NCBI GenBank assembly: GCA_964016885.1
Contig: OZ024746.1
Location: 1,302,001-1,366,000 of the forward strand
DNA length: 64,000 nucleotides
DNA from: Eledone cirrhosa
Taxonomy: Eukaryota
Reading direction: 5' to 3'
Positions 38,441 through 52,093 of the stretch are shown here, piece after piece. The position numbers and the translations under genes are program-made. The notes beneath the pieces are model-generated. The model was not told where the DNA came from and made no database searches. It saw only the letters and a program-made list of their open reading frames with translations. Within the stretch, counting starts at the first letter, position 1. Each line of letters opens with the position of its first letter.

Positions 38441-39290
38441 TAATATATATTTTAGAAATTAATATATAATTTAATTTAAATGTAGTTAACCTATAACTTT
38501 AATTTAATTAAAATTCTACTACAGATGAGATTAAAAAATATTGTGTAATCATAAATTGTGAAAAACTTTTAAATATTATTAACATAATTAATATATACTT
38601 TGGAAATTAATTTATAGATTAATTTTAGTTTATTTAACATTTTATTAAAATTCCTTTTCAGATGAAATATAACAAAATATCGTGTAATCAATAACAGAGA
38701 AATACTTTTTAATATTATAAACCTAATTAATGTACAATTTAGAAATTAATTTATAAATTAATTTTAATTTAATTAACCTATAATTTTAATTTAGTTAGCT
38801 TAAAATTAAAATTCTAATACAGATGGATTGCAGAATATCATGTAATCATAAACTGAGAAAAACTTTTAAATATATACCTAATTAATATATTCTTTACAAA
38901 TAAATATATAGATTAATTTTAATTTTTGTTAACCTATAATTATATTCTACTATAGATAAAATACAAAATCTGCTTTAATTATTATAAACCTAATTAACAT
39001 ATACTATAGAAATTAATATATAAATTTTAGTTTAGTTAACCTATAATTTATATGCTACTACCGATGAAATACTTGATTTGGTTTTCCCTATTACTAAATT
39101 CATTTCCTAAAATTGATACCATAATGTTAATAATTTTAATTTAGTTATGCTATAATTAATACTCTACTACTGTTTAACTTCAAAATTCCGCTTTAAATAT
39201 TATAAACCTAAGTAGTATACACCTTAGAGATCAATATATTAACTATTTTTAATTTAGTTAACCTATAATTAATAGTCTACTTATATTAAA
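38385..39290 (+). repeat. Degenerate ~150-bp tandem duplications of the PLE ORF end/3'UTR
   Basis: tatcgtgtaatcataaactgagaaaaac...aaacctaattaa recurs near 38388, 38538, 38677 and 38836, with shorter derivatives after. Confidence 0.75.
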
Positions 39291-39469
39291 ATGCATAATT
39301 TTGCCTTCTTTCTTACATTTCCTAATACTGAAACTACTATGTAAACACATATTATGATCTAAATGCAGATTAATATTCTATGTTCCTTGAAACCTATATT
39401 TACTATTTCCCACTAATAATTTTAATCCCCTCCCCCCCCCTATAATTATTCGTATTTGTAAGCGTGGAT

Positions 39470-39560
39470 GTATGTTTGTGTATGTAACTATGTATGTATG
39501 TTTGGGTGTTTGTATGTGAGTATAAAAATACATATGTGCGCATGTAAATAAGTGTGTATG

Positions 39561-39641
<81 letters not shown>

Positions 39642-39752
39642 ATATATATATGTGTGTGTATGTATGTGTATGTGTATATATATTTGTAGAGATGTGTGTA
39701 TGTATGTGTATATATGTGCATAATTGTCTGACTGTGTGTATTTATTTTTTTT

Positions 39753-39805
<53 letters not shown>

Positions 39806-40192
39806 GTGTATATATATTTATATGTATGTATATCTATATATATATATATATGTGTGTATGTATATCTCTATATTTATGTATGTCTGAGTTGTGTGTGCGC
39901 GTGGGGTTGTATGTGTATATATATACATGGATATGTGTATGTGTATGTATATATACGTATATGTATGTGTGTGTGTGTATATATATGTGCGTGTATGTAT
40001 ATATATATGTGTGTATATATATATATGTGTATATATATGTGTGTATATATATATATGTATGTGTATGTATGTGTGTATGTGTGTGTACATATATGTGTAT
40101 ATATATGTGTGTTGTGAGTATATGTATATATATATATGTGTGTATGTATGTGTATGTGTATGTTTATGTATGTATATGTATATGTCTCTATA

Positions 40193-40291
<99 letters not shown>

Positions 40292-40670
40292 ATATCGGTG
40301 TGTATTTTATGTATGAGTATATATTTTACTTGTTTATTTCTTTTAATATATTTCTTTTTATTTCTAAATTTATAGATACATTTTTATAAATAGGCTGTTG
40401 TCTGACACCCTCTGTAATTACTGACTCCCTTTACCTATTTTTAGTTCTGCATCTAGATGTAAGTATATGTGGCAGTGTTTATGTGTGCGCCTCAATATCC
40501 ATATAGTTATAATAATAATATATACGTATGTGTGTGTGTGTGTATATGTATGTGTGTGTGTATGTTCGTGGGTATGTGTATGTTTATGTGTATATGCGTG
40601 TGTGTATATGAATGTATGTATATGTGTGTATATATGAATGTGTATATATGTTTATATACGTATGTGTATT
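39470..40670. repeat. Compound (TA/TG)n low-complexity tract
   Basis: Directly visible. Source of the many Y/I/C/V-rich spurious ORFs. Confidence 0.95.
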
Positions 40671-40916
40671 TTGTCTGTGGATTATAAACATACAGAGACA
40701 TTAGCCCTGAATTTTTGTATTTACATACATTTTTTCGACATGCGTATGCATGTGAACATACATTTTTATGCATATCTGTGGGCGAAGTTACTTACATATA
40801 TACACACACCTAACTGTATTTTCTTGATATATTTTTGTGTATTTCATTGGTCTATTTGAACTCTGTTCCCAAACAGACCTGTAATTTTGAATTGTTGTTA
40901 TTATCAATAAATATAT

Positions 40917-41069
40917 TTCATTATTTCTGAAGACGGCATATGTATGTGTTGGTATGTATATTCTATTTGATAGTTTGTATAATTTTGTATAATTTTGTAC
41001 ATAGATCTGTTGAATATGCATGCCAATTCTAACACATATATGTCCTAGAAACGATCGTTAAATAATGAA
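40917..41069 (+). ncRNA. Hammerhead ribozyme with extended stem II in the PLE 3'UTR
   Basis: TTCATTATTT-CTGAAGA-(~114-nt hairpin)-GAA-ACGATCGT-T-AAATAATGAA. Perfect 10-bp stem I. Confidence 0.8.
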
Positions 41070-41127
41070 CTTTTTTTGTTTAATATAAGGAACTGTTTCA
41101 TTGTTTTATTCATTATTTTTTTAATAT

Positions 41128-41194
<67 letters not shown>

Positions 41195-43450
41195 GTATAT
41201 ATAGGTATGTATGTGTCTATGTGTATGCGTCTATGTGTGTGTGCCTATGTGTATGTGCCTATGTGTATGTGCCTATGTGTGTGTGTCTACATGAGGTGGG
41301 GCCTAAACATACCATCTGAAGCACGTTGTTTTAATAAGGAAGGTCACTCCTCACTTTTTCCGGGTTTTTTTTTTGTTTTATTTTTGTATTTTAATATTTC
41401 ATGTGTGGTTTATATAGCTACAGTATCTTGTTTTATATAATTCCTCCGTCAATTTACCACGATGAGTGAGTGTTCTAGTTATCTTATTAGCGGAACAGCC
41501 TGCTCGTGGAATTAACACGTAAGCAAGGGCAGTGGAATTGGTGGGTAACTCACCTCCCAAATAATTGTACTTTTCTCCCCAAACTACCAAAACACATCTA
41601 TTTGTATATACGCTACAATTTATGTAATGTTATGTTTATCACATATCGAAGTTTTTTTATATCTTGGTTGATATTTAATAATAGCACCTTAACTAATCAC
41701 TACAACTAAATTGACCAAATATGTCGCGCCCCCCCCCCTTCAATTCAGAAATTCTTCCACCACCCCTGGTTAGTGGCTGAGCACTCCACAGATACTCTCG
41801 GCTCTCGAATAATCGTTACCCCGTCCCCCTTATTAAATGTTGCTAACATTAACCACTCAGATATGTCACCTTTAATCGACTTTACCCTTTTCCTGAAATC
41901 CCATCAAAGTCAACTTTACTTCTTATTAGAGATCAATAAAATAAAGTACCAGTAATGCACTAGGGTCGATATAATCAATTTCCCCCTTCCTCCAGAATTA
42001 ATCACCTTGTACCTAAATTAGAAACCGTTCATTGACATTGAAGGCGTGATTAATTACATGAAACAATCTTATATGAAACACTTTTATCCACTGTTCTCTA
42101 TAAACTGCCATGGCGGAAGCTATAGTGGAAATTGTATATTCTTCCCACTTGTTACCATGTGATGACTTGTGAAACAACGGGATAGTGTTGTGACCAACGT
42201 GAATCTCACTAAAAATAGAAACGTTCAGTAATTCCTGATATTTTGTTCCCTGAACGTTTGGTCGTATGACCTACTTGGAATAATTGTCGGAAGGACAGAA
42301 ATATATTTAGTGTTAATGTATTTGTAACTCGTGATGAGGGCGTAGTGATGCCGTCGTCAGGTACGGACTGTTTAAACTTGGCCTGTTGGAGATAATCCCT
42401 CTCCGGGTCTGAACAACAACCGATTTCTTCTAGAGCAGGAGAAAGAGAGAGAGATGGATGAACATCGAACCTAGTATGAGACTTGTTATCGACCTCGATA
42501 TGATGAAAAGCAAAGTTAACATCTCTAGGATTTGAACTCCGAGAACACAGAGCGTCGGAACGAATGCCACAAAGCCTTCTATCTGACGTTCTAACAACTC
42601 TGTCAAGTCACCGCACAGAAATATATTTAGCATTAATTCTCATTAATTATAAACTTCTGTGGAGTGGTGGTTAGAGTGCCAGTGAAATTCTTGATAGTAT
42701 TTCGTTCGGTTCTTTACATTCTAAGCTCAAAACCTGCCGACATCAACTTGGCTTTTTTTTTTTCGAGGCCAATAAAATAAAGTACCAGTCATGTGAGTGG
42801 GGCCGATATAATCGACTTTCTCATGCCACAAATTGTTAGCCTTCTTCGTAATTTAAAAACCAATCTTTGAAAGTATTAATTATAAGATTGTGGCAACGAA
42901 AATGTTGACACCTAGAAATAAATGCTAAGTGTAGAGTGAAGTTAACAGTTTGTGTGTTTTTGAATGTCTAAAATGACTCTTCCACAATGTGCTTTAGTAT
43001 TAACACACCGTCTCAAATGACTTGCCAGACACCACTCCCAGATTTCGAAATCTTCAGCTAAGTTTTTTTTTTAAATCCTGTTCAGTTTTCTTCAACCCAG
43101 TTTCCCTCCTAAGGCTGGAGATGACCCGAGGTTATACCAAGTAACTCTTGACCAACATGGTATCGAACCCGAAGACACTTGACCAACATGGTATCGAACC
43201 CGAGGACACTTGACCAACATGGTTTCGAACTCGGGGCCTTATCTTTCTCAATATATTATTTATGGTATCAAAGGAATAAATGTTGGGCTCCTTTAAATAT
43301 TGTGGCCCTCTCATGATACCCCAGTCCATCCCTGACACTGTCAGAGTCTACTGAATCTTAGTAGACTAATTGAGGACATTGGACATCAGTCAGTTTTTGC
43401 AATGAGTGTTCTAGTTGTTACAACAACGGAATAGACAGCTCGTGGAAGTA

Positions 43451-43644
43451 CGAGATCGGCTGAAAAGTTTATAGGCTGACCAAGATACTCTCATGGAATG
43501 ACCAAATGAGGTTTATTTTTCAACATAGGTCCTGAAAAGAAGCAACAGTTATTAATAAGAAGAGTTGAAATAAGTGCATGCAAGATTTCGCAGCATTAGC
43601 TCACTCCTTCATAGTTAGTCTATGAACTTGTCAGCCGACCCACG
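43451..43644. mobile_element. Mariner-type MITE, copy 3, inserted at a TA inside SINE2
   Basis: The flanks rejoin to ctcgtggaa(t/g)TAacgt(g/a)caagtg, as in the uninterrupted SINE at ~61965-61990. Confidence 0.8.
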
Positions 43645-43789
43645 TAACGTACAAGTGTCTGAACATTCCACAGACACATGTACCCTTCGTGAAGTTCTCA
43701 GGGAGATACAACATGACACAATGTGTGACAATGTTAGCCTCTTTAAATTACGGCTACAACTTTTTACTATCTGAATGGACTGGAGCAAC

Positions 43790-44991
43790 GTGAAATAAAG
43801 TGTCTTGCTTAAGGACACAGTGAAATAAAGTGTCTTGCACAAGGACACAGTGAAATAAAGTGTCTGGCTTAAGGACACAGTGAAATAAAGTGTCTGGCTT
43901 AAGGACACAGTGAAATAAAGTGTCTGGCTTAAGAACACAGTGAAATAAAGTGTCTTGCACAAGGACACAGTGAAATAAAGTGTCTGGCTTAAGGACACAG
44001 TGAAATAAAGTGTCTTGCACAAGGACACAGTGAAATAAAGTGTCTGGCTTAAGGACACAGTGAAATAAAGTGTCTGGCTTAAGAACACAGTGAAATAAAG
44101 TGTCTGGCTTAAGGACACAGTGAAATAAAGTGTCTGGCTTAAGAACACAGTGAAATAAAGTGTCTGGCTTAAGAACACAGTGAAATAAAGTGTCTGGCTT
44201 AAGGACACAGTGAAATAAAGTGTCTGGCTTAAGGACACAGTGAAATAAAGTGTCTGGCTTAAGAACACAGTGAAATAAAGTGTCTTGCACAAGGACACAG
44301 TGAAATAAAGTGTCTGGCTTAAGGACACAGTGAAATAAAGTGTCTTGCTTAAGAACACAGTGAAATAAAGTGTCTTGCACAAGGACACAGTGAAATAAAG
44401 TGTCTGGCTTAAGAACACAGTGAAATAAAGTGTCTGGCTTAAGAACACAGTGAAATAAAGTGTCTGGCTTAAGGACACCGTGAAATAAAGTGTCTGGCTT
44501 AAGGACACAGTGAAATAAAGTGTCTGGCTTAAGAACACAGTGAAATAAAGTGTCTGGCTTAAGGACACAGTGAAATAAAGTGTCTGGCTTAAGGACACAG
44601 TGAAATAAAGTGTCTGGCTTAAGAACACAGTGAAATAAAGTGTCTTGCACAAGGACACAGTGAAATAAAGTGTCTGGCTTAAGGACACAGTGAAATAAAG
44701 TGTCTTGCTTAAGAACACAGTGAAATAAAGTGTCTTGCACAAGGACACAGTGAAATAAAGTGTCTGGCTTAAGAACACAGTGAAATAAAGTGTCTTGCAC
44801 AAGGACACAGTGAAATAAAGTGTCTTGCACAAGGACACAGTGAAATAAAGTGTCTGGCTTAAGAACACAGTGAAATAAAGTGTCTGGCTTAAGGACACCG
44901 TGAAATAAAGTGTCTGGCTTAAGAACACAGTGAAATAAAGTGTCTGGCTTAAGGACACCGTGAAATAAAGTGTCTGGCTTAAGGACACAGT
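43790..44991. repeat. 30-bp minisatellite (~40 copies) from the SINE2 central domain
   Basis: Unit gtgaaataaagtgtcttgcacaaggacaca, embedded in register in a minus-strand SINE2 whose B box is at ~45003. Confidence 0.92.
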
Positions 44992-45475
44992 GCTCCGTCA
45001 GAGATTGAACTCAACACCTACTAACCATGTACCCGATGTCCTAATAACTCCGTCACTCCACCGCCCTAAAATGACTCATGTTAATATTTTTACGTAGGAT
45101 AAATGGCTGACAGAAATAGGAGGGAAAGAAGGGTCAGGTTTCCATGGTGATGGTGGCAATCCCTACTTGAAGAAGTTCATTTAATCTAAGCTGATAAAGT
45201 TTTGTGGGTCTTGGGGTGGGGTGGGGTGGGACTGATATTAACGTCACTTCCACTTATTACCCACCCCCGGCTCCTCCTCCCCTTCATTCTCCTCAATATC
45301 ATCTTCATCATCATCATCATCATTATCATCACAATCATCATCATCATCATCTAGGGCTGCGGTGTTGCACCCGAGTTTAGAGACTAGGATCAGTCAAAGA
45401 TGAAGAAGAAGAAGAAATGAGCTGTGTTCAGAAATGGAGAAGAGACGAGCTCCGTCAAGTTTTGTCCAACAAACG

Positions 45476-46911
45476 CCGTATGGTAGACTACTACGACTCT
45501 ACCAAGATATAACACCGTATGGTAGACTACTACGACTCTACCAAGATATAACACCGTATGGTAGACTACTACGACTCTACCAAGATATAACACCGTATGG
45601 TAGACTACTACGACTCTACCAAGATATAACACCGTATGGTAGACTACTACGACTCTACCAAGATATAACACTGTATGGTAGACTACTACGACTCTACCAA
45701 GATATAACACCGTATGGTAGACTACTACGACTCTACCAAGATATAACACCGTATGGTAGACTACTACGACTCTACCAAGATATAACACTGTATGGTAGAC
45801 TACTACGACTCTACCAAGATATAACACCGTATGGTAGACTACTACGACTCTACCAAGATATAACACCGTATGGTAGACTACTACGACTCTACCAAGATAT
45901 AACACTGTATGGTAGACTACTACGACTCTACCGAGATATAACACTGTATGGTAGACTACTACGACTCTACCGAGATATAACACTGTATGGTAGACTACTA
46001 CGACTCTACCGAGATATAACACTGTATGGTAGACTACTACGACTCTACCGAGATATAACACCGTATGGTTGACTACTACGACTCTACCAAGATATAACAC
46101 TGTATGGTAGACTACTACGACTCTACCAAGATATAACACCGTATGGTAGACTACTACGACTATACCAAGATATAACACCGTATGGTTGACTACTACGACT
46201 CTACCAAGATATAACACCGTATGGTTGACTACTACGACTCTACCAAGATATAACACCGTATGGTTGACTACTACGACTCTACCAAGATATAACACCGTAT
46301 GGTTGACTACTACGACTCTACCAAGATATAACACTGTATGGTAGACTACTACGACTCTACCAAGATATAACACCGTATGGTAGACTACTACGACTCTACC
46401 AAGATATAACACCGTATGGTAGACTACTACGACTCTACCAAGATATAACACTGTATGGTAGACTACTACGACTCTACCGAGATATAACACTGTATGGTAG
46501 ACTACTACGACTCTACCGAGATATAACACTGTATGGTAGACTACTACGACTCTACCGAGATATAACACTGTATGGTAGACTACTACGACTCTACCGAGAT
46601 ATAACACCGTATGGTTGACTACTACGACTCTACCAAGATATAACACTGTATGGTAGACTACTACGACTCTACCGAGATATAACACCGTATGGTTGACTAC
46701 TACGACTCTACCAAGATATAACACTGTATGGTAGACTACTACGACTCTACCAAGATATAACACCGTATGGTAGACTACTACGACTATACCAAGATATAAC
46801 ACCGTATGGTTGACTACTACGACTCTACCAAGATATAACACCGTATGGTTGACTACTACGACTCTACCAAGATATAACACCGTATGGTTGACTAATACGA
46901 CTCTACCAAGA
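45476..46911. repeat. 39-bp minisatellite (~37 copies)
   Basis: Unit ccgtatggtagactactacgactctaccaagatataaca. Confidence 0.95.
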
Positions 46912-47279
46912 TTTACACGTTCAGGAAGAAAGAATCATATATCATATTTTGCTGGGAACCAGTTAGAAAGTTTTGCTGAGGCAACAAAAAAAGTAGAAAA
47001 ATGTCAACTTTGGAAGTGACAATAAAACTGATAAGAACTTTGGTCAATCAACGGTTAGAAATTTTCTATTTCCGTATTTTTTTCCCCTGTGATATTTCAT
47101 GGATCTGTGGATGATTAGCTGGTTGTTGTGATGACTACGTTTATATGACACTAAAAACTTTGACCTCGTGGGAAATAGGTGTGACTCTGTCCTAAACAGG
47201 GTTGGTTCCAATTGTAATTCCATTTATTTTACAAATCTTGTACAATTATGATGACTGGCGAACCTATATTAAGAATAAC

Positions 47280-48700
47280 TGTGGGATCCATACTTCTGTA
47301 TAGCAGTGAAACATGGTGGATACTGAGTGACAAGTTCACAGCCGGCTAAAACATGGTGGGTACTGGGTGACAAGTTCACAGCCGGCTAAAACATGGTGGG
47401 TACTGGGTGACAAGTTCACAGCCGGCTAAAACATGGTGGATACTGGGTGACAAGTTCACAGCCGGCTAAAACATGGTGGGTACTGAGTGACAAGTTCACA
47501 GCCGGCTAAAACATGGTGGGTACTGAGTGACAAGTTCACAAGGCGGTTAAAACATGGTGGGTACTGGGTGACAAGTTCACAGCCGGCTAAAACATGGTGG
47601 GTACTGAGTGACAAGTTCACAGCCGGCTAAAACATGGTGGGTACTGAGTGACAAGTTCACAGCCGGCTAAAACATGGTGGATACTGAGTGACAAGTTCAC
47701 AGCCGGCTAAAACATGGTGGGTACTGAGTGACAAGTTCACAGCCGGCTAAAACATGGTGGATACTGAGTGACAAGTTCACAGCCGGCTAAAACATGGTGG
47801 GTACTGAGTGACAAGTTCACAGCCGGCTAAAACATGGTGGGTACTGAGTGACAAGTTCACAGCCGGCTAAAACATGGTGGGTACTGAGTGACAAGTTCAC
47901 AGCCGGCTAAAACATGGTGGGTACTGAGTGACAAGTTCACAGCCGGCTAAAACATGGTGGGTACTGGGTGACAAGTTCACAGCCGGCTAAAACATGGTGG
48001 ATACTGGGTGACAAGTTCACAGCCGGCTAAAACATGGTGGATACTGGGTGACAAGTTCACAGCCGGCTAAAACATGGTGGATACTGGGTGACAAGTTCAC
48101 AGCCGGCTAAAGCATGGTGGGTACTGAGTGACAAGTTCACAGCCGGCTAAAACATGATGGGTACTGGGTGACAAGTTCACAGCCGGCTAAAACATGGTGG
48201 GTACTGAGTGACAAGTTCACAGCCGGCTAAAACATGGTGGGTACTGAGTGACAAGTTCACAAGGCGGCTAAAACATGGTGGATACTGAGTGACAAGTTCA
48301 CAAGGCGGCTAAAACATGGTGGGTACTGAGTGACAAGTTCACAAGGCGGCTAAAACATGGTGGATACTGAGTGACAAGTTCACAAGGCGGCTAAACCGTT
48401 GCTACACAACGATACTATATATGGGCCTTAATGTGAAATATCAACACGTGACAAATAAATGCCTTTATGGAGACCTGCCAAAAGTCAGCGAAAATATCGG
48501 GCAAAGACGGCTCCTCGTATCTGGGGTGTGACATTCTGAACTGGAATCATCTGAGTTAGTCCTTTGGAACCCGTTTAATGGAGATGTAAGGAGAGAAAAA
48601 CGCTGACTTATATCAACAACCTGATGAAAGAGACTGTTGGACCAAATGTGGGGCGAAAGGACTGTGGCCCAGGTTGAAACCGGCTAAGAAGAAGAAGATG
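47280..48700 (+). mobile_element. Decayed RTE-like LINE 3' region interrupted by a 40-bp array
   Basis: SILLYSSETW before the array, CYTTIL and LYGDLPKVSENIGQRRL after it, and an (AAG)n tail at ~48687. Confidence 0.7.
47309..48395. repeat. 40-bp minisatellite (~27 copies)
   Basis: Unit aaacatggtgggtactgagtgacaagttcacagccggcta. Confidence 0.95.
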
Positions 48701-49619
48701 CTATCATTAAGGGCGGTGGATTTTCAGAGTCGAAAGAGCGTCGGACAAAATATTTTACACCATATAGTTACATCCCTTTACGTTTTCAGTTTAAATCCCA
48801 GCCAGATCAACTTTGGCTTTCATCCTTCCGAGATCGATAAAATAAAGTTAAGTACTGGGTCAATATAATCGATTTTCAGTACTTTTTATCAACTAACCTC
48901 CCAACTCACGAATTAACATATAAGTGGTTGAGTATTCCACAAACAGCCGTGTACCTCTAACGACTCAACATGACACAGTATGTAACAAGTCGGGTCTTTG
49001 AATGAATTACTGGTACAATCTATCGGCTAAACTTCAATAGTTTCTCTCTAATTTCACTCACAAGGAACGGGTTAACCCATGGCTGTGGTGAAGTCATTCG
49101 CCTCCTCTCGGGTCCCAAATAATAGGGGGGGGGGTAACTTTTCTAAGTTGTCTTCGTTGATTTTTTAAAAACCAGAATTAGTCGCTTAGTTTACATATCG
49201 AGACTTCAACCCATCCTATTTATTTTATAACATATGGGATTTCTAGTAATGTACTTTTTTTGTCATGTATAATGTTTTTTTAATTTCTAAAGAAGATTAA
49301 TTATTACAGAAATGCAACCACTTAAAATAAAACTTCACCAGAGACAGAATAAGTGGAGAGGTTGGAATAAGAGTGGGGTGGGGGTCTGAAAAATTAATAA
49401 GCTGAGGGGGGGGGGGGGGTATTCGAGACACGAGAGTAGGATACCACGTAATGGGATCGAACCCGGAACCTTATGATTGTGAGGCGAACCTTTCAACCAT
49501 TCAGCCACAGTGAAATATGTTATATGTGTGATGTAAAAAGTAAACAGAAATAACAAAGCTAACGACACAGTACATTGAAGTAATATATTAGTTTAACGCT
49601 TGAAATAACAGGAAAAGAG

Positions 49620-49655
49620 TCTTAATGTTTCGGACAATAGTCCTTCATCAGAAGA
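49620..49655 (-). ncRNA. Minimal hammerhead motif
   Basis: Reverse complement TCTT-CTGATGA-aGGACtattGTCC-GAA-ACAT-T-AAGA. Confidence 0.65.
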
Positions 49656-50045
49656 TAGAGTTAGAAATAAAACATAAAATAGAAAGAGAAAATGAGAAGA
49701 GAAAGTAACGGGAAAAAAGCAAGGTGGGGGGGCACACACGTATGTATTCTGTCAGCCATTTTGTAGATTTATAACTATGAAAATGTGTGAAATCATTTAA
49801 TTTCAAGCGACATTAGTATTCAGGAAATGTTGGTTTAAGTTAATTGTCTGCTATATTCCAGCGTAGAAAAGATGAAAACAAATTGGTTTTCCAAAGAAAT
49901 TCGAAATATATGGAAATTACTATAATAATAATAATAATAATAATGATTTCTTTATTGGCCACAAGGGCTGACATCAAGAAAAACATTACAGACGGCACAG
50001 GACGGTATGCTTTCTTTATTAACCACAAGGGATTACACAATAATA

Positions 50046-50131
<86 letters not shown>

Positions 50132-50265
50132 CTGTAATGTTATTCCTAGTGCTGTATATGTTTTTATACTACAGGACAGCAAAACAAACAAAAACACGTT
50201 TATGATACAATATATATTTATTTTTATATAGCTGCAAATTAAAGGAAGGTGATGTACCTTATTAT

Positions 50266-50409
<144 letters not shown>

Positions 50410-50419
50410 ATATATATAC

Positions 50420-50475
<56 letters not shown>

Positions 50476-51105
50476 GTCCATGTATATATAAATTCTCGAG
50501 AGTAAGATTCACAATATATTAACTGTTTTTATATAGAGACCGCCTGTGTGTGTGTTTAGGCGTGTGGCTGAGTGGTTAGAGAATTGGATGCGCAATCGTG
50601 AGGTTGTGAGTTCGATTCCTGGACCAGGCGATGCGTTATGTCCTTGATCAAGACACTTTATTTTCACGTTGCCCCTTCTACCTGGAGTTGCGACCGATAG
50701 AGAGTATTAGCAATTGGAAAGACCAACGGAAACATTGTTTCCTCGGTCCGATTTGACGAAAGTCAATCGACTCCTATATGTGTGTGTGTGTCAGAATGGA
50801 GGCGGTAAAAATCAGGTGGACCATTACTCACCAGAGTACTCGATACTTGGGGTAGTAGAGTGGGTAATATGAAAAAAATCGGAGCCCCGAACAGCTAGAT
50901 CCGAACAGATCTAGCTGTTGAAATGATCGGAGCTCAGCTATCGTAGTCCCTATTTATTTCATTTATATATATATATGTATATATATATGTATATATATTC
51001 ATAATGGCTGACTGAATACGCATGTGTAATTTTTTTTTTCAAAATTATTTTCCCGTTCCTTCCTCACTCTTTATCTTTCTATTTCATCTTTCATTTCTTA
51101 TTCTA

Positions 51106-51141
51106 TCTTCTGATGAAGGACTAGTGTCTGAAACGTTAAGA
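51106..51141 (+). ncRNA. Minimal hammerhead motif (same family as 49620, opposite strand)
   Basis: TCTT-CTGATGA-aGGACtagtGTCT-GAA-ACGT-T-AAGA. Confidence 0.7.
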
Positions 51142-51299
51142 CTCTTTTCGCGTGTGTTGTTGTTGTTGTTGTTTCACGTCACTTCCAATAAGTATTCCAG
51201 TTGTTCAACCAATGTCCAAACAGCTTCTTTGTCATATTAATGTACAATTCGCTGAACATTTTAGAGACGTGTTATTTTAACGAAGTCCTCAGGAAGATT

Positions 51300-52080
51300 C
51301 AGCCTGACACAGTGATGACAACGCTGCCTTTTTGAATTATAGCTACATTTAAACTTTAGTTTTTCATACCGTTTCTCATAACTTGTATATCAATACATCC
51401 GACCTCATCAAATGTCATAAGATCGTCCTTCCCTCCATCACTCGGAACACGACCCCAAGTGACGTCATTCTTTACTGTTCGAGTAAAACTGCTAAGACCT
51501 TGACTAATGTCTTAAGCTCATTTATTACCAACCACGGGTTGATGGAGAAGTTGTTGGTGTTTGTGGAGACAACTGCAACACAAAGTTTGGTGACGTAATA
51601 GGAAATAGCAAGAACAACACATTTGGCCGATTAAAAAGCAAACTTGAAAGGGACCTGTATTCGCATTGGATGTCCTGCACACATTGGGCACAACAGTCTC
51701 TAAACAATTATTCATCTATTTCCAATTAATATCGAACCATTTATTGTGAACATTTTCAAATATTTCCACATAAATACAGATCGGGTAACATAACCAAAAG
51801 AATTCTGTGACCGTGGCGGAGCGGAATGCAAGAAGCTACCACAACAACTAATACTAGATGTTTGTCAATGCTGACTGGTGGATGGAAAACCTCTTAACAT
51901 TTGTTATGTCTTACTTCTGTCCCAAGAGCACTGCGCGATACTGATAAAACAATTGTTTGACACTGCGCGATAAAACAATTGTTTGAATGTGATTTTGTTA
52001 CATTGTATTTATGGCTTGAAGATATCCATAGAAGAACCATGAGTACTTTTCTTCAAAATCATATTCAAGGAATCGTTTTA
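51300..52080 (+). pseudogene. Decayed hAT-like DNA transposase
   Basis: Frameshifted pieces CGDNCNTKFG..GNSKNNTFGRLKSKL, IGCPAHIGHN, IEPFIVNIFKYFHI, KEFC, TRCLS (cf. TRWxS). Confidence 0.6.
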
Positions 52081-52093
52081 TCAGTGGAGGCAC

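Larger units (their letters stand above)
36400..41130 (+). mobile_element. 5'-truncated Penelope-like element (Naiad-like) between (TA)n tracts
   Basis: RT + GIY-YIG ORF, a long repeat-rich 3'UTR, a hammerhead near the 3' end and a probable inverted tail at 36400-36530. Confidence 0.8.

Noticed and set aside
39488-41021. YI/CV/HT-rich ORFs here and at other (TA)n/(TG)n tracts
   Set aside because: Microsatellite translations.
43615-46880. Long repetitive ORFs (457, 358, 496 aa)
   Set aside because: Products of 30-bp and 39-bp arrays whose unit lengths are multiples of 3. The 30-mer is SINE-derived.
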